57,339 nt of DNA from Chiloscyllium plagiosum (lineage: Eukaryota). Under the pieces are notes generated by a model, which was not told where the DNA came from, did no database searches, and saw only the letters and a program-made list of their open reading frames with translations. Positions 38,271-50,566 of the stretch are shown here, piece after piece. How positions within the stretch are numbered: the first letter of the stretch is position 1; each line of letters starts with the position of its first letter. A program made the translations under genes and the position numbers. The stretch lies in contig NC_057728.1 of assembly GCF_004010195.1 (NCBI RefSeq), positions 40,953,471-41,010,809 on the forward strand, read 5' to 3'.

Positions 38271-38891
38271 TAATCCTAACCCATTATTGAACAATGTAAT
38301 AAAATGGAGTCAGGCAAGAACAGGCACTTGGATAAAGTTGGTTGTGGTGTTGCATACAATAAAAGTTGCATACTTACGCTGCACCTCAATATGACTGAGA
38401 GGTCCTGTTTCCATTTATTTTCTGCCTGTGTACTAGAAAGGTTTAATTTTTAAAAACAAGAAGTTCGGTCCTGTGTGTTTGAAATAAAAGCAGAAATTTT
38501 ATTCTCTGCTACATATCGATAACAGTGACATTTTCTCTGCTTGAAAGACAATAGAAAGGTATTCAGCATGTTTAGTTAATTAGGGACAGCACAGCATTTT
38601 TTTTTACATACTGTACTATCATGCTGCTACCAGTTCAGTATTGAATTTTGATAAAGCTGAGAAAATTACCAGCACTGTTGCAGCATGCTAGTTTTGATAG
38701 CTGCAGATATAACTTGTACTGTATAATAGACTACATAATATTAAATCAACTGTATTTGTTTGATTTGTGGGATTGCATTTCAAGTCATTAATGTGTTGTC
38801 ACATTGTTTCATACGGTGTTGAAAGAAGATGAGAGACGAACTTTGCAGATTGAGAAACCTATTGATGTGGTTGGGCAAATAGTTTGAGATA

Positions 38892-39070
38892 TAGATTAGA
38901 TTTCCTACAGCATGGAAACAGGCCCTTCGGCCCAACAAGTCCACACCGAACCTCCAAAGAGCAACCCACCCAGACCCATTCCCCTACATTTACCCCTGAC
39001 TAATGCTCCTAACACTACAGGCAATTTAGCATGGCCAATTCACCTAACCTGCACATCTTTAGACTGTGGG
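38892..39070 (-). mobile_element. HE1-type V-SINE, 3' half only
   Basis: Tail and part of the core are present; breaks at gactgtggg. Confidence 0.9.
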
Positions 39071-39217
39071 ACTGTGGACTTTTCTCATTCCTGAAGAAGG
39101 GCTTATGCCCGAAACGTCGATTCTCCTGTTCCTTGGATGCTGCCTGACCTGCTGCGCTTTTCCAGCAACACATTTTCAGCTCTGATCTCCAGCATCTGCA
39201 GTCCTCACTTTCTCCTA
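39071..39217 (+). mobile_element. Penelope terminal-repeat fragment
   Basis: Ends ...catctgcagtcctcactttctcct, like 51557-51673 and 54100-54445. Confidence 0.88.
39087..39122 (+). ncRNA. Minimal type I hammerhead ribozyme motif with intact catalytic core
   Basis: attc-CTGAAGA-A-gggc-ttat-gccc-GAAA-cg-TC-gatt. Predicted cleavage after C39118; palindromic ACGT replaces stem III. Confidence 0.72.
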
Positions 39218-39458
39218 TTCTTATACCCATCCAGATGCCTCTTAAATGTTGCAATTGTACCAGCCTCCATCACTTCCTCTGGCAGCTCACACACACACCA
39301 CCCTCTGTGTGAAAAAGTTGCCCCAGAGGTCCCTTTTATATCTTTCGCCTCTCACCCTAAACCTATGCCCTCTAGTCCTGGGTCCCCCACCCCAGAGAAA
39401 AGACCTTGACTACTTATCCTATCCATGCCCCTCATGATTTTATAAACCTCTTTAAGGT
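39218..39458 (-). mobile_element. CR1/HER1 fragment lacking its 3' tip
   Basis: Similar to 12530-12760. Confidence 0.88.
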
Positions 39459-40687
39459 TGTGCTAACTGTTTACAATAGCTGTTTCCTCTACTTATTGAC
39501 TAGATTAATATTTATCTGTTAAAACACAAATAATATTGACGTCAGGGAAGTTGTGTAAGCACAGCTGTTGTTTGCTCACCAAGCCCTAAACTTCCAGTAG
39601 AGGGCACTCCAAGGTTGATAATAGTGTTCCAGAATATGCATTTTACATTTTTGAAGTTGCAGCAAGATTTCCATTAAATTTCATAGCGATCAACTGGTTT
39701 TTAATAGTGGGAATTTTCCCTCACTACTTTACAATGTAGTGAAGTATACATGAGGTTTTAAATTTTTTTTTTTACTGTACTGATGTAACTTGTAAAATAT
39801 TCACTCCAAAAAAATGAATCTAACTAGAGTTAGATCGAAGGAGTAAGAAAGAGACAAAGGAAAAGTAGGAATAAATTCAAAATATTTACTCAATTGCCTT
39901 AAGAGCGTTTGACACAGAACAGCTTAAGTTGTTCCTTGCAAACTATCCTGTCCTGTCTCCTAGCTCTATCTCCCTTCATGTCTCTACATTTATTATTCTC
40001 TTAAATCCATGCCCATCTTTGATTTGAATCTCTGCAATTGGGTTTCTTCTCCTGCCATATTACAGATGTTGATCTCATCCTATATGAATCTGCCAACAAT
40101 AAACTCCTATCCCCTCTTGTCCCTCTCATCTGTTTAACAGCCTTTGGCAGAGTTGACTTCTCCATAGCCATCCATCTGGCTGGGACTGTACATAGCTGTT
40201 TCTATTCTGATTTGATTCTTTCTTGCTAGATGGTCATTTGTAATGGCTTTTCTTTTTCTGTGTCTTAGCTTTTGATGTTCCCCAAGGATCTACCCCAGCC
40301 CTTTCCTATTTATATCTTACGAATTGTTCCTTGGCAGCGTCATCTGAAGACACGTCATCAGTTTCCCTCTGAATACTGATGACACACAGACACACCCCAA
40401 TGTCTTCAGCAGCCATTTGGCTCCTCCACTGTCTCCAAGCTATCAGGTCGCTTGTTTGATGTCCTGAAGGTGCCTTCAACTAAATATTTGGAATACAGAA
40501 TCTATCATCTTTGGTCCCCACACCAAACTTCTTCCCTAGCTACTGACCCTCTCCCTGGCAATTGTCTGAGGTAAGACCAAACTATTTACAAATCCCATGG
40601 CTATATTTGACCCAGAGATGGTCTATTGACTGCATTTTCATGAAATCATTAACAGCTCCTATCTTCACTTTCAAAATATCTCCTGAA

Positions 40688-40902
40688 TCTTCTTCACCAG
40701 AGAGTTGTGGGTGTGTGGAATGCTCTGCCCCAGAAGGCTGTGGAGGCCAAGTCTCTGGATACTTTCAAGAAAGAGTTGGATAGAGCTCTTGAGGATAGTG
40801 GAATCAAGGGTTATGGGGATAAGGCAGGAACAGGATACTGATTGAGATTGGTGGTGCTGGCTCAAAGGGCAGAATGGCCTACTCCTGCACCTATTGTCTA
40901 TT
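40688..40902 (+). mobile_element. CR1 3' end nested in L2
   Basis: ttcttcaccagagagttgtgggtgtgtggaatgctctgccc...aatggcctactcctgcacctattgtctattg. Confidence 0.88.
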
Positions 40903-40909
40903 GAATCTC

Positions 40910-41345
40910 ATTTACCAGGTTGTTGTTGGGTATGGAATGCTTGAGTTATAAGGAGAGGTTGGATAGGCTGGGACTTTTTTCACTGGAGCTTAGGATGTTG
41001 AAAGGTGACCTTATAGAAGTTTATAAAATAATGATGGGTATGGATGGAGTTAATGGTAGTTATCTTTCCCTATAATGGGGATTTCAAGAAGAGGAGAGAC
41101 ATTTAAAAAGGACATGAGACACCAATTTTGTACACGGTAGTTTGCATGGGAGATGAACATCTGGAGGAAGTGGTTGGTGTGGGTACAATTTCAGCATTTA
41201 AAAGACATTTGGATAAGTACATGAATAGGAAAGGTTTGGAGGGATAAGGACCCAGAGCAGGCAGGGTGAACTAGTTTAGTTTGGGATTATGTTTGGCATT
41301 GACTGGTTGGACCAAGGGGTTGGTTTCCGTGCTGTATGACTCTCT
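40910..41345 (+). mobile_element. CR1/HER1 3' fragment nested in L2
   Basis: tttaccaggttgttg...gagaggttggataggctgggactttttt...gctgtatgactct. Confidence 0.88.
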
Positions 41346-42711
41346 GATAGCCACGATTCATCTGCTAAACCCCCATTTCATGCCTTTATAATTTCTAGAC
41401 TTGATTATTCTAATACAGTCCCAGCCAAAACTCTCAAATTTCCATCCAGGAGAAATTTAAGGTCATCCAAAACTCGACTACCCCTGTTCCAGCTGTTATT
41501 CAAAGGTGTTTCCCCCATCATCCCTACCTACAATCCCTGTTGAACAATTTCTCAGTTTTAAATTCTCATCGTTGTTTTCCAATCTCTCCATGAACTTGCC
41601 CTTCCCCATCTCTGTAATGTCATCCAACCCCAAATCCATCTGTGTTACCTGCACTCCTCCAATTGTGATCCCTTTAGCAACCCTAACTTAATTGCTCCAT
41701 CAGCACCTGCCTTCAGCTACTAAATTGTAAGCTCTGATATTTCCTCCTGTTTATCTGCCTCTTCCTTGTAATTTTAAAACTAATCTATCCACTTGACTAC
41801 ATTTTTGGTCATCTGCCCTAATATCTCCTTGTAATTTGAGTCAAATAGTATTTTACAAGTCTCCTGTGAAAAGCCTTTGGATGTTTTACAATATTAAAGA
41901 CAGTATATAAATACAAACTGTTTATCTATTTCTGGATTCAAGTGGTTGATTTAATATCCAATAATAATTAGTGTTTTGTTAAATATGTACTCGAACTGTC
42001 AATACAAATCCATACATTTTGTAGAATGTTCCAAGCTTAAATTGCAAACCAAGCAGATTTTTAAAAATAACATGCAATTTTACTGCAAATGGTCACTTGC
42101 GTAAAGAAAAAGAAATTGATCACAGTTGTCAATTCAGAAATCATGGCATTTCTCTTTATCCCTATTGCTTTCAAAGCTGATTTGTGCATTAATTACAGAC
42201 TACCACTTGGTGGAGTAGCACGAGATCAAATGCTGTACCAGCACACATTTGACAGGACGAATGGCTTCCTTTTATTTTGCATCCATTGCATGATTCTAAG
42301 TGTTGAAAATGGTTACTTTAGCTGGAAGAATTGGGTCAGTAACTCATCTGTTCGGTCTGCAGAGACTGGCTAACCCAGTGAATGTTTCCAATAATTTCCG
42401 CACATTTTTTTTAAAATTATTTTTTTAAAAAAGGTTTTCCTTGAAGTGGAGCATTAGTGAAAGAGACCCTCAACCCGAATGAGGGAGTGCATCTGTTGTG
42501 ACACAAAGCATAATAGTTAGGTGGGATGGGTAGGATGGACCCAATCACCTCTTTCAAACTCATGCTTCTTTTCTGCATGTTCAGAATAACATTGACTATT
42601 ACCCCTCTGCTGGTTAGTGCAAAGTACTGTTTGGAGGTGCTTTCATGTTTTTGATTCTAGTTTTGATTAGGGCAGGTCAATGTCTGGAAGCCACTTTAGA
42701 TGTACTTCTAA

Positions 42712-42905
42712 TCAGCCAATTCAGATATGTTATGATACATTTCTGGAGCATATGGGACTTGAACCCAGGCCTCCTGGCTTATAGGTACGATACTACAACT
42801 GCACCAGAACAGCCCTCAAGATACCTCCCTCTAAATATAAGTACAGGGGTGTTATAACATACTTCTCAAACAAGTGTTACTTCTACCTCGTCCAGAGGTA
42901 GGGAC
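42712..42905 (-). mobile_element. Two tandem units of the short tRNA-derived element
   Basis: gggacttgaacccaggcctcctggc in the first unit and ccagaggtagggaca in the second; homologous to 35005-35100. Confidence 0.6.
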
Positions 42906-43581
42906 ACAAAGAATAGTCCTCACCTTCACCCCACCAACCTCCATATATATCACATCATCCACCGACATTTCCGCCACCTATAAACTGACCCCACCACCAG
43001 AGATATACTTCCCTGCCCACCCCTATCTGTGTTCTGTAAAGACAGTTCCCTCCGTGACTACCTGGTCAGGTCCACGCCCCCTAACAAGCCACCTTCCCCT
43101 GCCACCGCAGGAATTGCAAAACCTGCGTCCACACCTCCCCCCTCACCTCCATCCAAGGGCCCAAAGGAGCCTTCCACATCCATCAAAGTTTCACCTGCAC
43201 TTCCACCCACGTTATTTATTGTATCCGTTCCTTCCGATGCGGTCTCCTCTACATTGGGGAGAAGGGACGCCTACTCGCAGAGTGCTTCAGGGAACATCTC
43301 CGGGACACCCACACCAATCAACCCCACCGCCCCGTGGATGAACATTTCAACTCCCCCTCCCACTCTGCCAAGGACACACAGGTCCTGGGCCTCCTCCATT
43401 GTCACTCCCTTATTACCCGACACCTGGAGGAAGAAAGCCTTATCTTCTGCCTCGGAACCCTTCAACCCCAGGCATCAATGTGGACTCCTGCTCCTCGAAT
43501 GCTGCCTGACCTGCTGTGTTTTTCCAGCACTGCTCCAATCTTGACTCTCATCTCCAGCATCTGCAGTGCCCACTTTCGCCT
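42906..43581 (+). mobile_element. Penelope-like element fragment (RT thumb/linker, GIY-YIG, internally deleted terminal repeat)
   Basis: SLRDYLVRS, RNCKTC, LYIGE and HLEEESLIFCLGTLQP in mixed frames. The hammerhead-bearing part of the repeat is deleted at caatgtgga|ctcctgctcc. Confidence 0.9.
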
Positions 43582-43641
43582 ACTAACACTGCACTACAAA
43601 CGTCCCCTGTAAAAGCCAGTTTTTGTATTTGTATTTCTATA

Positions 43642-43941
43642 TCTGCAAGTGCAATCACACACAACCATCAATCACCCATGATTATTTTTCATCTGGTAAC
43701 CACCACCAATTAATCATCTGAGTTTCAAATTATTCAATTTACATTCAGAGCCCATCAAGTGCAATTCAAAAATCCAGTTTATATCTATTTTCTGCAAGTG
43801 CAATCACACACAACCATCAGTCACCCATGATATTTTTCATCTGGTAACCACCACCAATTAATCATCTGAGTTTCAAATTATTCAATTTACATGCAGAGCC
43901 CATCAAGTGCAATTCAAAAATCCAGTTTATATCTATTTTCT
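43642..43941. repeat. 149-bp tandem duplication, two copies
   Basis: tctgcaagtgcaatcacacacaacc...atatctattt starts at 43642 and again at 43791, with few differences. Confidence 0.95.
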
Positions 43942-43954
43942 AATCAAATATAAT

Positions 43955-44190
43955 TATGTTCAGAGATTAATGACACATCTCTGGAGTAAGTGGGACTTGA
44001 ATCCAAGCCTTCTGCCTCAAAGGTAAGGATACTGTGCCACAAGAGCCCTTAAAAGACCATTTATATTTTTTCTTCTTATTTATCAACCTAATTTCTTATC
44101 AACATGTTGAGAGCTGTTATTACACACAACCTTCCAGTTCAGGCATATTACACAACACCACCTTTTTCCCCCACAAGAGGGCCCCCAATG
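43955..44190 (-). mobile_element. Two tandem units of the short tRNA-derived element
   Basis: tgttcagaga...gtgggacttgaatcc...gtgccacaagagccct, followed by a more decayed unit. Confidence 0.6.
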
Positions 44191-47100
44191 GCCAGATTGT
44201 ATATGCAGGTCACTAACTACATTATTGGTGCAACCAATTTAAAAGTACCTTCCTTAATGACTACAGTCCTGCTTTTCACATGCAACCTGTTTATAGGAAA
44301 GTGCACCTTATTATTTCCAGCAAGTGAGATAACATGCAGATCTTTTCCAGGCAAAATTTTCCAGGCACCTAAATTTCTTTCTGTGCCTGGGATCAAAAGA
44401 TCTGGCATAATACAGGATAAACAAATTACTGGGTAAAAAGCATGACCTCCTGCAAATGCCTCTGTCTCCTGAAGTTTTTTTTGTACATTGCTTCATTGAG
44501 ACATGATCTAGTGAGTCAGTAAGGCACAAAGTATCTCTCTCTGCCATGTTTAACAATGCTCCCTTTCTTGCACCATTTCAATTTTGATCATTTTGAATTG
44601 ATTTTGATCAGTGCAAATACTGTGTATGAAATTGTTGTCTTTTTAGTTTATGATTGGCATTTTAACCTGACCTCGAAATCTTGAATAGTGCAGCTCAGTG
44701 ACTTGTCCTAAACTTATCAATAATTTGAGCATTATTTTTGCCAACTTTTTAGAGTAAATTTTTATGAATTCCATGGCAACAGATGATGCGTGTGACAGAG
44801 GTATTTTTGCAAATGGTTAGAAATTCTGAAAGTGGGTTAGAAATCATAGTCATTGTATCTTAATAAATGTATCCAACATCACCGTCATCATCTCCCAAAA
44901 AGACCATGTACATTGTAGACATTGAATTTGTCAAAACTTGAGGAATTATACTTCATATCATATTACATCAGATTTGTGCGTTGTGTCTTCCAATGCGGTA
45001 CAGTGATAGGGGAAAGGGAGATAGAACATTGATATTTGTGGATGATGGATCAATAAAGTCATAATTCTATGGAAAACCTGTTAGGTTGTGAAGAAAAAAA
45101 ATCTGACCTCCCATATCTTGTGTGCTGGCCAGAATACCAGCTGTGTTTCAGCATTCACAAAGCTTTTCTCAGTCTGTTGAATCAACTCAGGGACTATTTA
45201 AACTTGACATCTTTGAAACTGATTTTCTGGCATAGTGCCCTCTGAAACCCTGCCAGGTTCACAGGGAAACCTGTGTGCCCAAAGTGAGAATTGCACACTT
45301 GACAGCTCCTTTGGCTCTATCATTGCATGTTTTCCTTAATCAAACATTCCATTCTTGACAAATAAGGCAGATTCCTTTTTGATTATTGCCCTGGAAGCTA
45401 TCACCCTTGCACACACAAAAAAAGGGTTTGTTGACTTGTTGCATTATGGAACTGACCCTGATAAACAGCAATTTAGTTTAGGTCTATGTAAAGTCTTACC
45501 TTCTGGATTATATATCTTTAAAAAAACTGAACTCTGGAAGGAAGGCAGTGGTCAAGGATGGGAATAGCAGTGAAAAAGAAACTTTGGGTTATATTACTTA
45601 GCTTGCAAACCCTTCATATTGCTGACACTGGCAACTTTAATCAGTAGCTTACAAAGCAGCTTTAGAAAAATAGGTCAAAAAATTTTGTCTAATTCATGAA
45701 CACTGCTTTCTGAATGTATAAATCTTGAAAAAAATATTTATGCAGAAAGACAGTCACCAAAATCATGGCCAAACCATTACGTTAAAAAGATCATTTTTAT
45801 TTAATTGAACAAAATGATTATGCCCAAATTGAAGTCAAGACATATAAGGTGACATGTTGAAATATTGAACTCATAACTGTAAAGCACAAAGCAATAGGAG
45901 GGAGGACATGCCTAGGGAATACCATAAAATACTAGTGAGGCCATATGCAATTTAAGCAGACTAATGATTAAACAGAACATCTGAATGCATCTTACTCATC
46001 AAAATGACAGAGATGAATTTGTGGCACATTTATTTTGAATATAACAGAACACCTCTCAATCTTAGAAAGCATATAAAACAGAAACAGGGCCAGAATCTGT
46101 TGCAATGGAATTCCAGTCATAAACCAAAAAGTTCTGAAAAACTGAAATAAAAGTTGCATAATAATATTAATTGCCGACAACCATACAAGTATACAAATTC
46201 CTTCAAATTGTAAGCAATGGAAGAGTACAAATGAACAAGCAACAAACACATGTAGGTAATCCATTTATATGAGCAAGTAGCACAAAACCAACCAATGGAA
46301 TTGCTCCAATACTTGCTTTTCAGCCACCATTTTGTTTCTGCACACATCCGTACAAATGCCTTAAAGAAATCAGAAATTGAATATGTTGAAATACATATTA
46401 GCAAGAGTGGAGAGATTTGTAGAACAATCAAGAAGAACATTAAAAGTCAGAAAGGTAGTAAACAAATGGAGGTGCAGGGACCATATTTAGAATGGGAGGT
46501 AAGGAGGAGTGGTGTTGCAAGGCTGAAAGCAGGAGAACCTCCTCTGCTCTTACAGTGTTCTCGAATGTATTACCCATCTTAAATGTAGTAGACATGGACA
46601 ATCTCTTAATGATTAAATGAGTTGACATCATCTCCACTTGAAGTGGAATGCACTTAAACTCTGATCTAAAATTAAATCACATCTTCTAGGCACTTGACAT
46701 CTGTGTGCTAAATCCTTTGTTAGTGATTTTTAAAAATTAAATACCACCATTTTACAATAACTTACATTTATATAATGCCCTTAAACATTAAAAAAAGATT
46801 TGTAGGATATTTCACAGAAGTAGAAATCAGACAAAAATTGAACAAAGGGAGACAATATAAGAGCATTATATTTTATGCCGAAATGTTCCTGTTGCAAATG
46901 GCTACAAATCCAACCTGTAAATAAATTCCTACCAATAAGTAGTTTTCACATCAAACTATCTATATTGAGACCGTGTAACACTAGTTCTGTCTGACATGAC
47001 TAAAGTGTCAGCTTTGGCAGATGTCAATTTGAAAGTAAAAGAGAAGATCCCTTACCCCTGGCTAATGGTTTAGCGGGTTGGTGAAGTGAGTAGTTCAATT

Positions 47101-47730
47101 TTACAAACAAAGTGAATCCAAAATTTTGCTTTAAAGAGTGTAGACACCACCACTGACTAGAAGTATTAACTAGTTTAGACGGATCCATATGACCAAGTTC
47201 TGAAAATGCCTGACACAAGGATGCTTCAGCAAATACACACAAGGCTGCCAGAAAGGAAATGAGGTAGAAGTTGAAAAGAGGTTTATGCATCACAATAACA
47301 ACAGATGTACAAAAAGCTTTTGAAGTTTTTTGATTTTTGTGCTTTTTATCTCCCTGTCTTTATACCTATGTACTTGCTTTCTTTAAAACAAGTTAAAAAA
47401 TTGCCCTCCTGTTTCTGTTACATACACCTTTTACTCTTTCCTTTCTAATTCCTGTTTTATTGATGGTCCAGCTGTATTTTCTTTTTAAAATTACAAGTCC
47501 AGTTGTCTGAATTGAACCACAGCTTAGCTGTTTAGTTTGAAATTCCTTTGCTGCTTTTTCTCTATCTTTTGGTCCCACTCCCACTATCACATTAAAAAAA
47601 AGTCTGATGTTTTTAAACTTCAGTTCCACTGCAACTTTTTCTTCTTTTAGCATTGTCTTGTACCACTCCTTTATTTTAATGTAAGTTCATCCTTTACACC
47701 CTGCAAATGTCTTATATCTAACCTTTCCAT

Positions 47731-48334
47731 TGTGACAATGCTGCTCCTTTAATAGAGTAGGATTGTCCTTGGGTTTTTTCCAGAAGGGTCAGAAAGACAG
47801 GGGTTCTGTTTTGTCTTCATTTGTCTACTTGAAGAAGCTTTCAAGATTAAACGAAAACTTGTACAATGAAAGGGGAGTAGCCAGTGCTCCCAGCTCAGCT
47901 TTTCTCTGGTTTATTTTGGTTTTAGCAGTCAGGTTTTTTTTTGAAGCTGCTGGTCAAAGAAACAGCCATGTGGAAGGTATTCCATGCTGAATCTCTCTGC
48001 TCTCTCTATGCTCTCTCTCTTTCTCTCCCTCTCCTGTAAGACGCTGTGTTTGATTCATTTGCCAAGGGTGTTTAGGGTATTGTTGCAGGAATTTGGGACA
48101 GCATCGTTAAGTTGGAATTCCAGATAGTTTAAGTTATTCTATATTCTGTTCTCTTTTGTTTGTTTCATTTGGTAATGTTATAAATACATTTTGGTTTGTT
48201 TAAAACCGAGGCATTTTGATCAGCTGCATCTCTCTGGGAATATCCACCATATGCCTGCTCAAGACAACTAGAAAAGTTAGAATTTGGGCTACCTTCTTGA
48301 AATGTTTTGAGGGAGTGTGGCCTGGTCCATAACA
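47731..48334. mobile_element. Putative solo LTR
   Basis: TGT...ACA termini with flanks ccat/ccgt (4-bp TSD with one CpG-type change). The terminal about 70 bp recurs inverted at 55278-55349. Confidence 0.65.
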
Positions 48335-48406
48335 CCGTTCCAGCACCCAAAAAAAGGTCAGAGGCCTGGTCCATAACACCGTTCCAGCACCCAAAAAAAG
48401 GTCAGA
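48319..48406. repeat. Perfect 44-bp tandem duplication
   Basis: ggcctggtccataacaccgttccagcacccaaaaaaaggtcaga at 48319-48362 and 48363-48406. Confidence 0.97.
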
Positions 48407-48714
48407 TTTACTTCATGCTTCTATAATATCTGCAGGCAAAACTACATTTAATTCTTTTCCATGTTTGTCTATATCTTAGAAAAGAAATCCTCAATTTATT
48501 TACATAATGCATGCAATATTTTTCTGTATGGTTATTTTTCACAAATTTTATTCATTTTCTTTTACCTAAACTTCTACACTTACAGAAAACTTTGAACAAC
48601 CTCAAGCCCATTTCTAATTGCATATATTCATTTTATTATTTCTACATGACCTATTCATTGACTCATTATCCATGACATCATTTAATTCTCCCAGTTTTTA
48701 ATCAATAAAATAAC

Positions 48715-48870
48715 CAGTTACTAATGTCCTTTAGGGAAGGAAATCTACCAGCTTTACCTAGTCTTGCATACATTGATTCCAGATCTGCATCAATGTGGTT
48801 GATTCGGGGTGGGCAATAAATGCTGGCCCAGCTAGCGATGCTCACATTCCATGAACAAATAAAATAAAAG
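48715..48870 (+). mobile_element. Partial copy of the 37956-38270 SINE family
   Basis: ctaatgtcctttagggaaggaaatct...gggcaataaatgctggccc...cacattccatgaac. Confidence 0.75.
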
Positions 48871-49039
48871 TCCAATTTCATATTAAATGCATCATGAGAC
48901 ATTGTGTTCATTTGTGAGTAAATTCAAAATATTATATAGAAATAAGGTTGCAATATATGATTTCAAAATGAGAACTGTAGTGCATCCGAATGCCTTTGTG
49001 CAATTAATCTTGTTCCCTCTCACCTCATTTTAGGTTAGG

Positions 49040-49700
49040 ATATTTGTGATTCATTCCTTGATGAGTCCAGCATTTATTGTCCATTTTTAATTATCCTTGC
49101 AATGGTGGTGAGCTGCCAGCCTGCACTGTTGTATTCTGTGTGGTGCTGCATCCATAGCCTATTAGGTCAGGAACTATGAGATTTTGACCTTAATGCTGAC
49201 GAAAGAACTGTGATATGTTTCAAGATCTGGATACTGTGAACTTTTGAGGGAATTTGCAGGCAAAGTTGTTCCCATGCTTCTGTTCTTATTCTTCTAGAAG
49301 GTTGAAGTCACCAGTTTGGAAGATGTTGGTGAGTGCTGCATCACATTCCTCACTTGAGCTTGTAAATGGTGGTGAGGTGAAGCTCTCCGCTACTTACACA
49401 AAATACCCAGCTTCTGACCCACTCTTGCAGCCAGGTTTCCCATTCAGTACAAACACCACCACCAAAGTGCAACGCCCAACCCACTGAAAGATGTTCATGA
49501 TGGAGGACGGGTGCAGCAATGGCAATGCTATTAAATGTCATGGAGTGATGGTCATTACTAACTCTTGTAATGTACTTGTGCTGATCAGTACAAACCTGGG
49601 TTTGCTGTGTATGGGCAGTAATGACTTGTTTTCTGAAGCACTACCTTGAATTTCTGCAATGATATCCAAGGGGTCAGATGATTAGCCTACAACAAACGCA
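49040..49700 (-). mobile_element. Old LINE 3' region sharing its tail with the 37956/48715 SINE
   Basis: ccagcatttattgtcca...ggtggtgagctgcc is the reverse of the tail at 48810-48860 and 56230-56395. Confidence 0.55.
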
Positions 49701-50232
49701 GCCATCTTCTTCTGCTCACTGACTCCAACCATGGGGAGGTTCTCCGCTGAATTCCATTTGCTTGATACCATATTCCAGTTAAATGCTGTGGACGGCCGTT
49801 GCTGTCACCAACACTCCAGAATTCGTCTTTTTTATCCGTGTTCAGACCAAAGTTATTTTTCATGTCAGTATTGGTTCTTTTTTCAATCACTTTAAATTGA
49901 TGTCCCATCATTTTCTGTCCTTTTGCCAATAGGAACAGTTTCTCGCTATCTACTCTGGCAAGTGTCTTCCTGGTTTGGTATACACCTATTGAATCTGCTT
50001 TTGTCTTAGGTTCTCTCTAGCCTATTCACACATCATACATCTCTCATCCATGGACCTGTTCCCAATTTTCTTATGCATGTTCCCTAAATTATTCATAGCT
50101 TTCATGTAGAACAGTGCTGAGAATTTAGGTATAGTACTCCACTTGATATTGAACCAGTGTTTTATGGAGGTGCATCATATCTTGCTTTCGTTATCTGCTC
50201 CTATTTATAAAACTCAGGATCCACATGTCTTC

Positions 50233-50566
50233 CATAGAATCCCTACAGTGTGGAAACAGGACATTCGGCCCAACCAATTCACACCATCTTTTCGAAGAGC
50301 ATCCTACCCAGACTCACCGCCCCCCCATCCTGTCTGCATTTCCCATGGCTAGTCCACCTAACCTACACAATTTATAGTCAATTTAGCATGGCTAATCCAT
50401 CTAACCTGCAAAATTTTGGTTTATGGAAGGAAACCGGAGCACCCAGAGGAAATCCACGCAAACATTGGGCATGTGCAAAGTCTACGCAGGCAGTTATCCG
50501 AGGCTGGAGTTGAACCCAAGTCAGTGAAGGTGTGAGGTAACAGTGCAAATCACTGAGCCACCATAC
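50233..50566 (-). mobile_element. Older HE1-related V-SINE
   Basis: Degenerate head and core. TSD tgtcttc at 50226-50232 and 50567-50573. Confidence 0.87.

Larger units (their letters stand above)
40005..41925 (+). mobile_element. Old L2-clade LINE (RT to 3' end), interrupted by CR1 fragments
   Basis: Degenerate SLQLGFFSCH, TAFGRVD, VPQGS and NTDDTQ (YADDTQ) blocks. L2-type end ctcctgtgaaaagcctttggatgttttac...tatataaatacaaactgtt. Confidence 0.75.

Noticed and set aside
47260..47281. let-7-like tgaggtagaagttg
   Set aside because: Only the seed region matches, and no complementary arm is visible.
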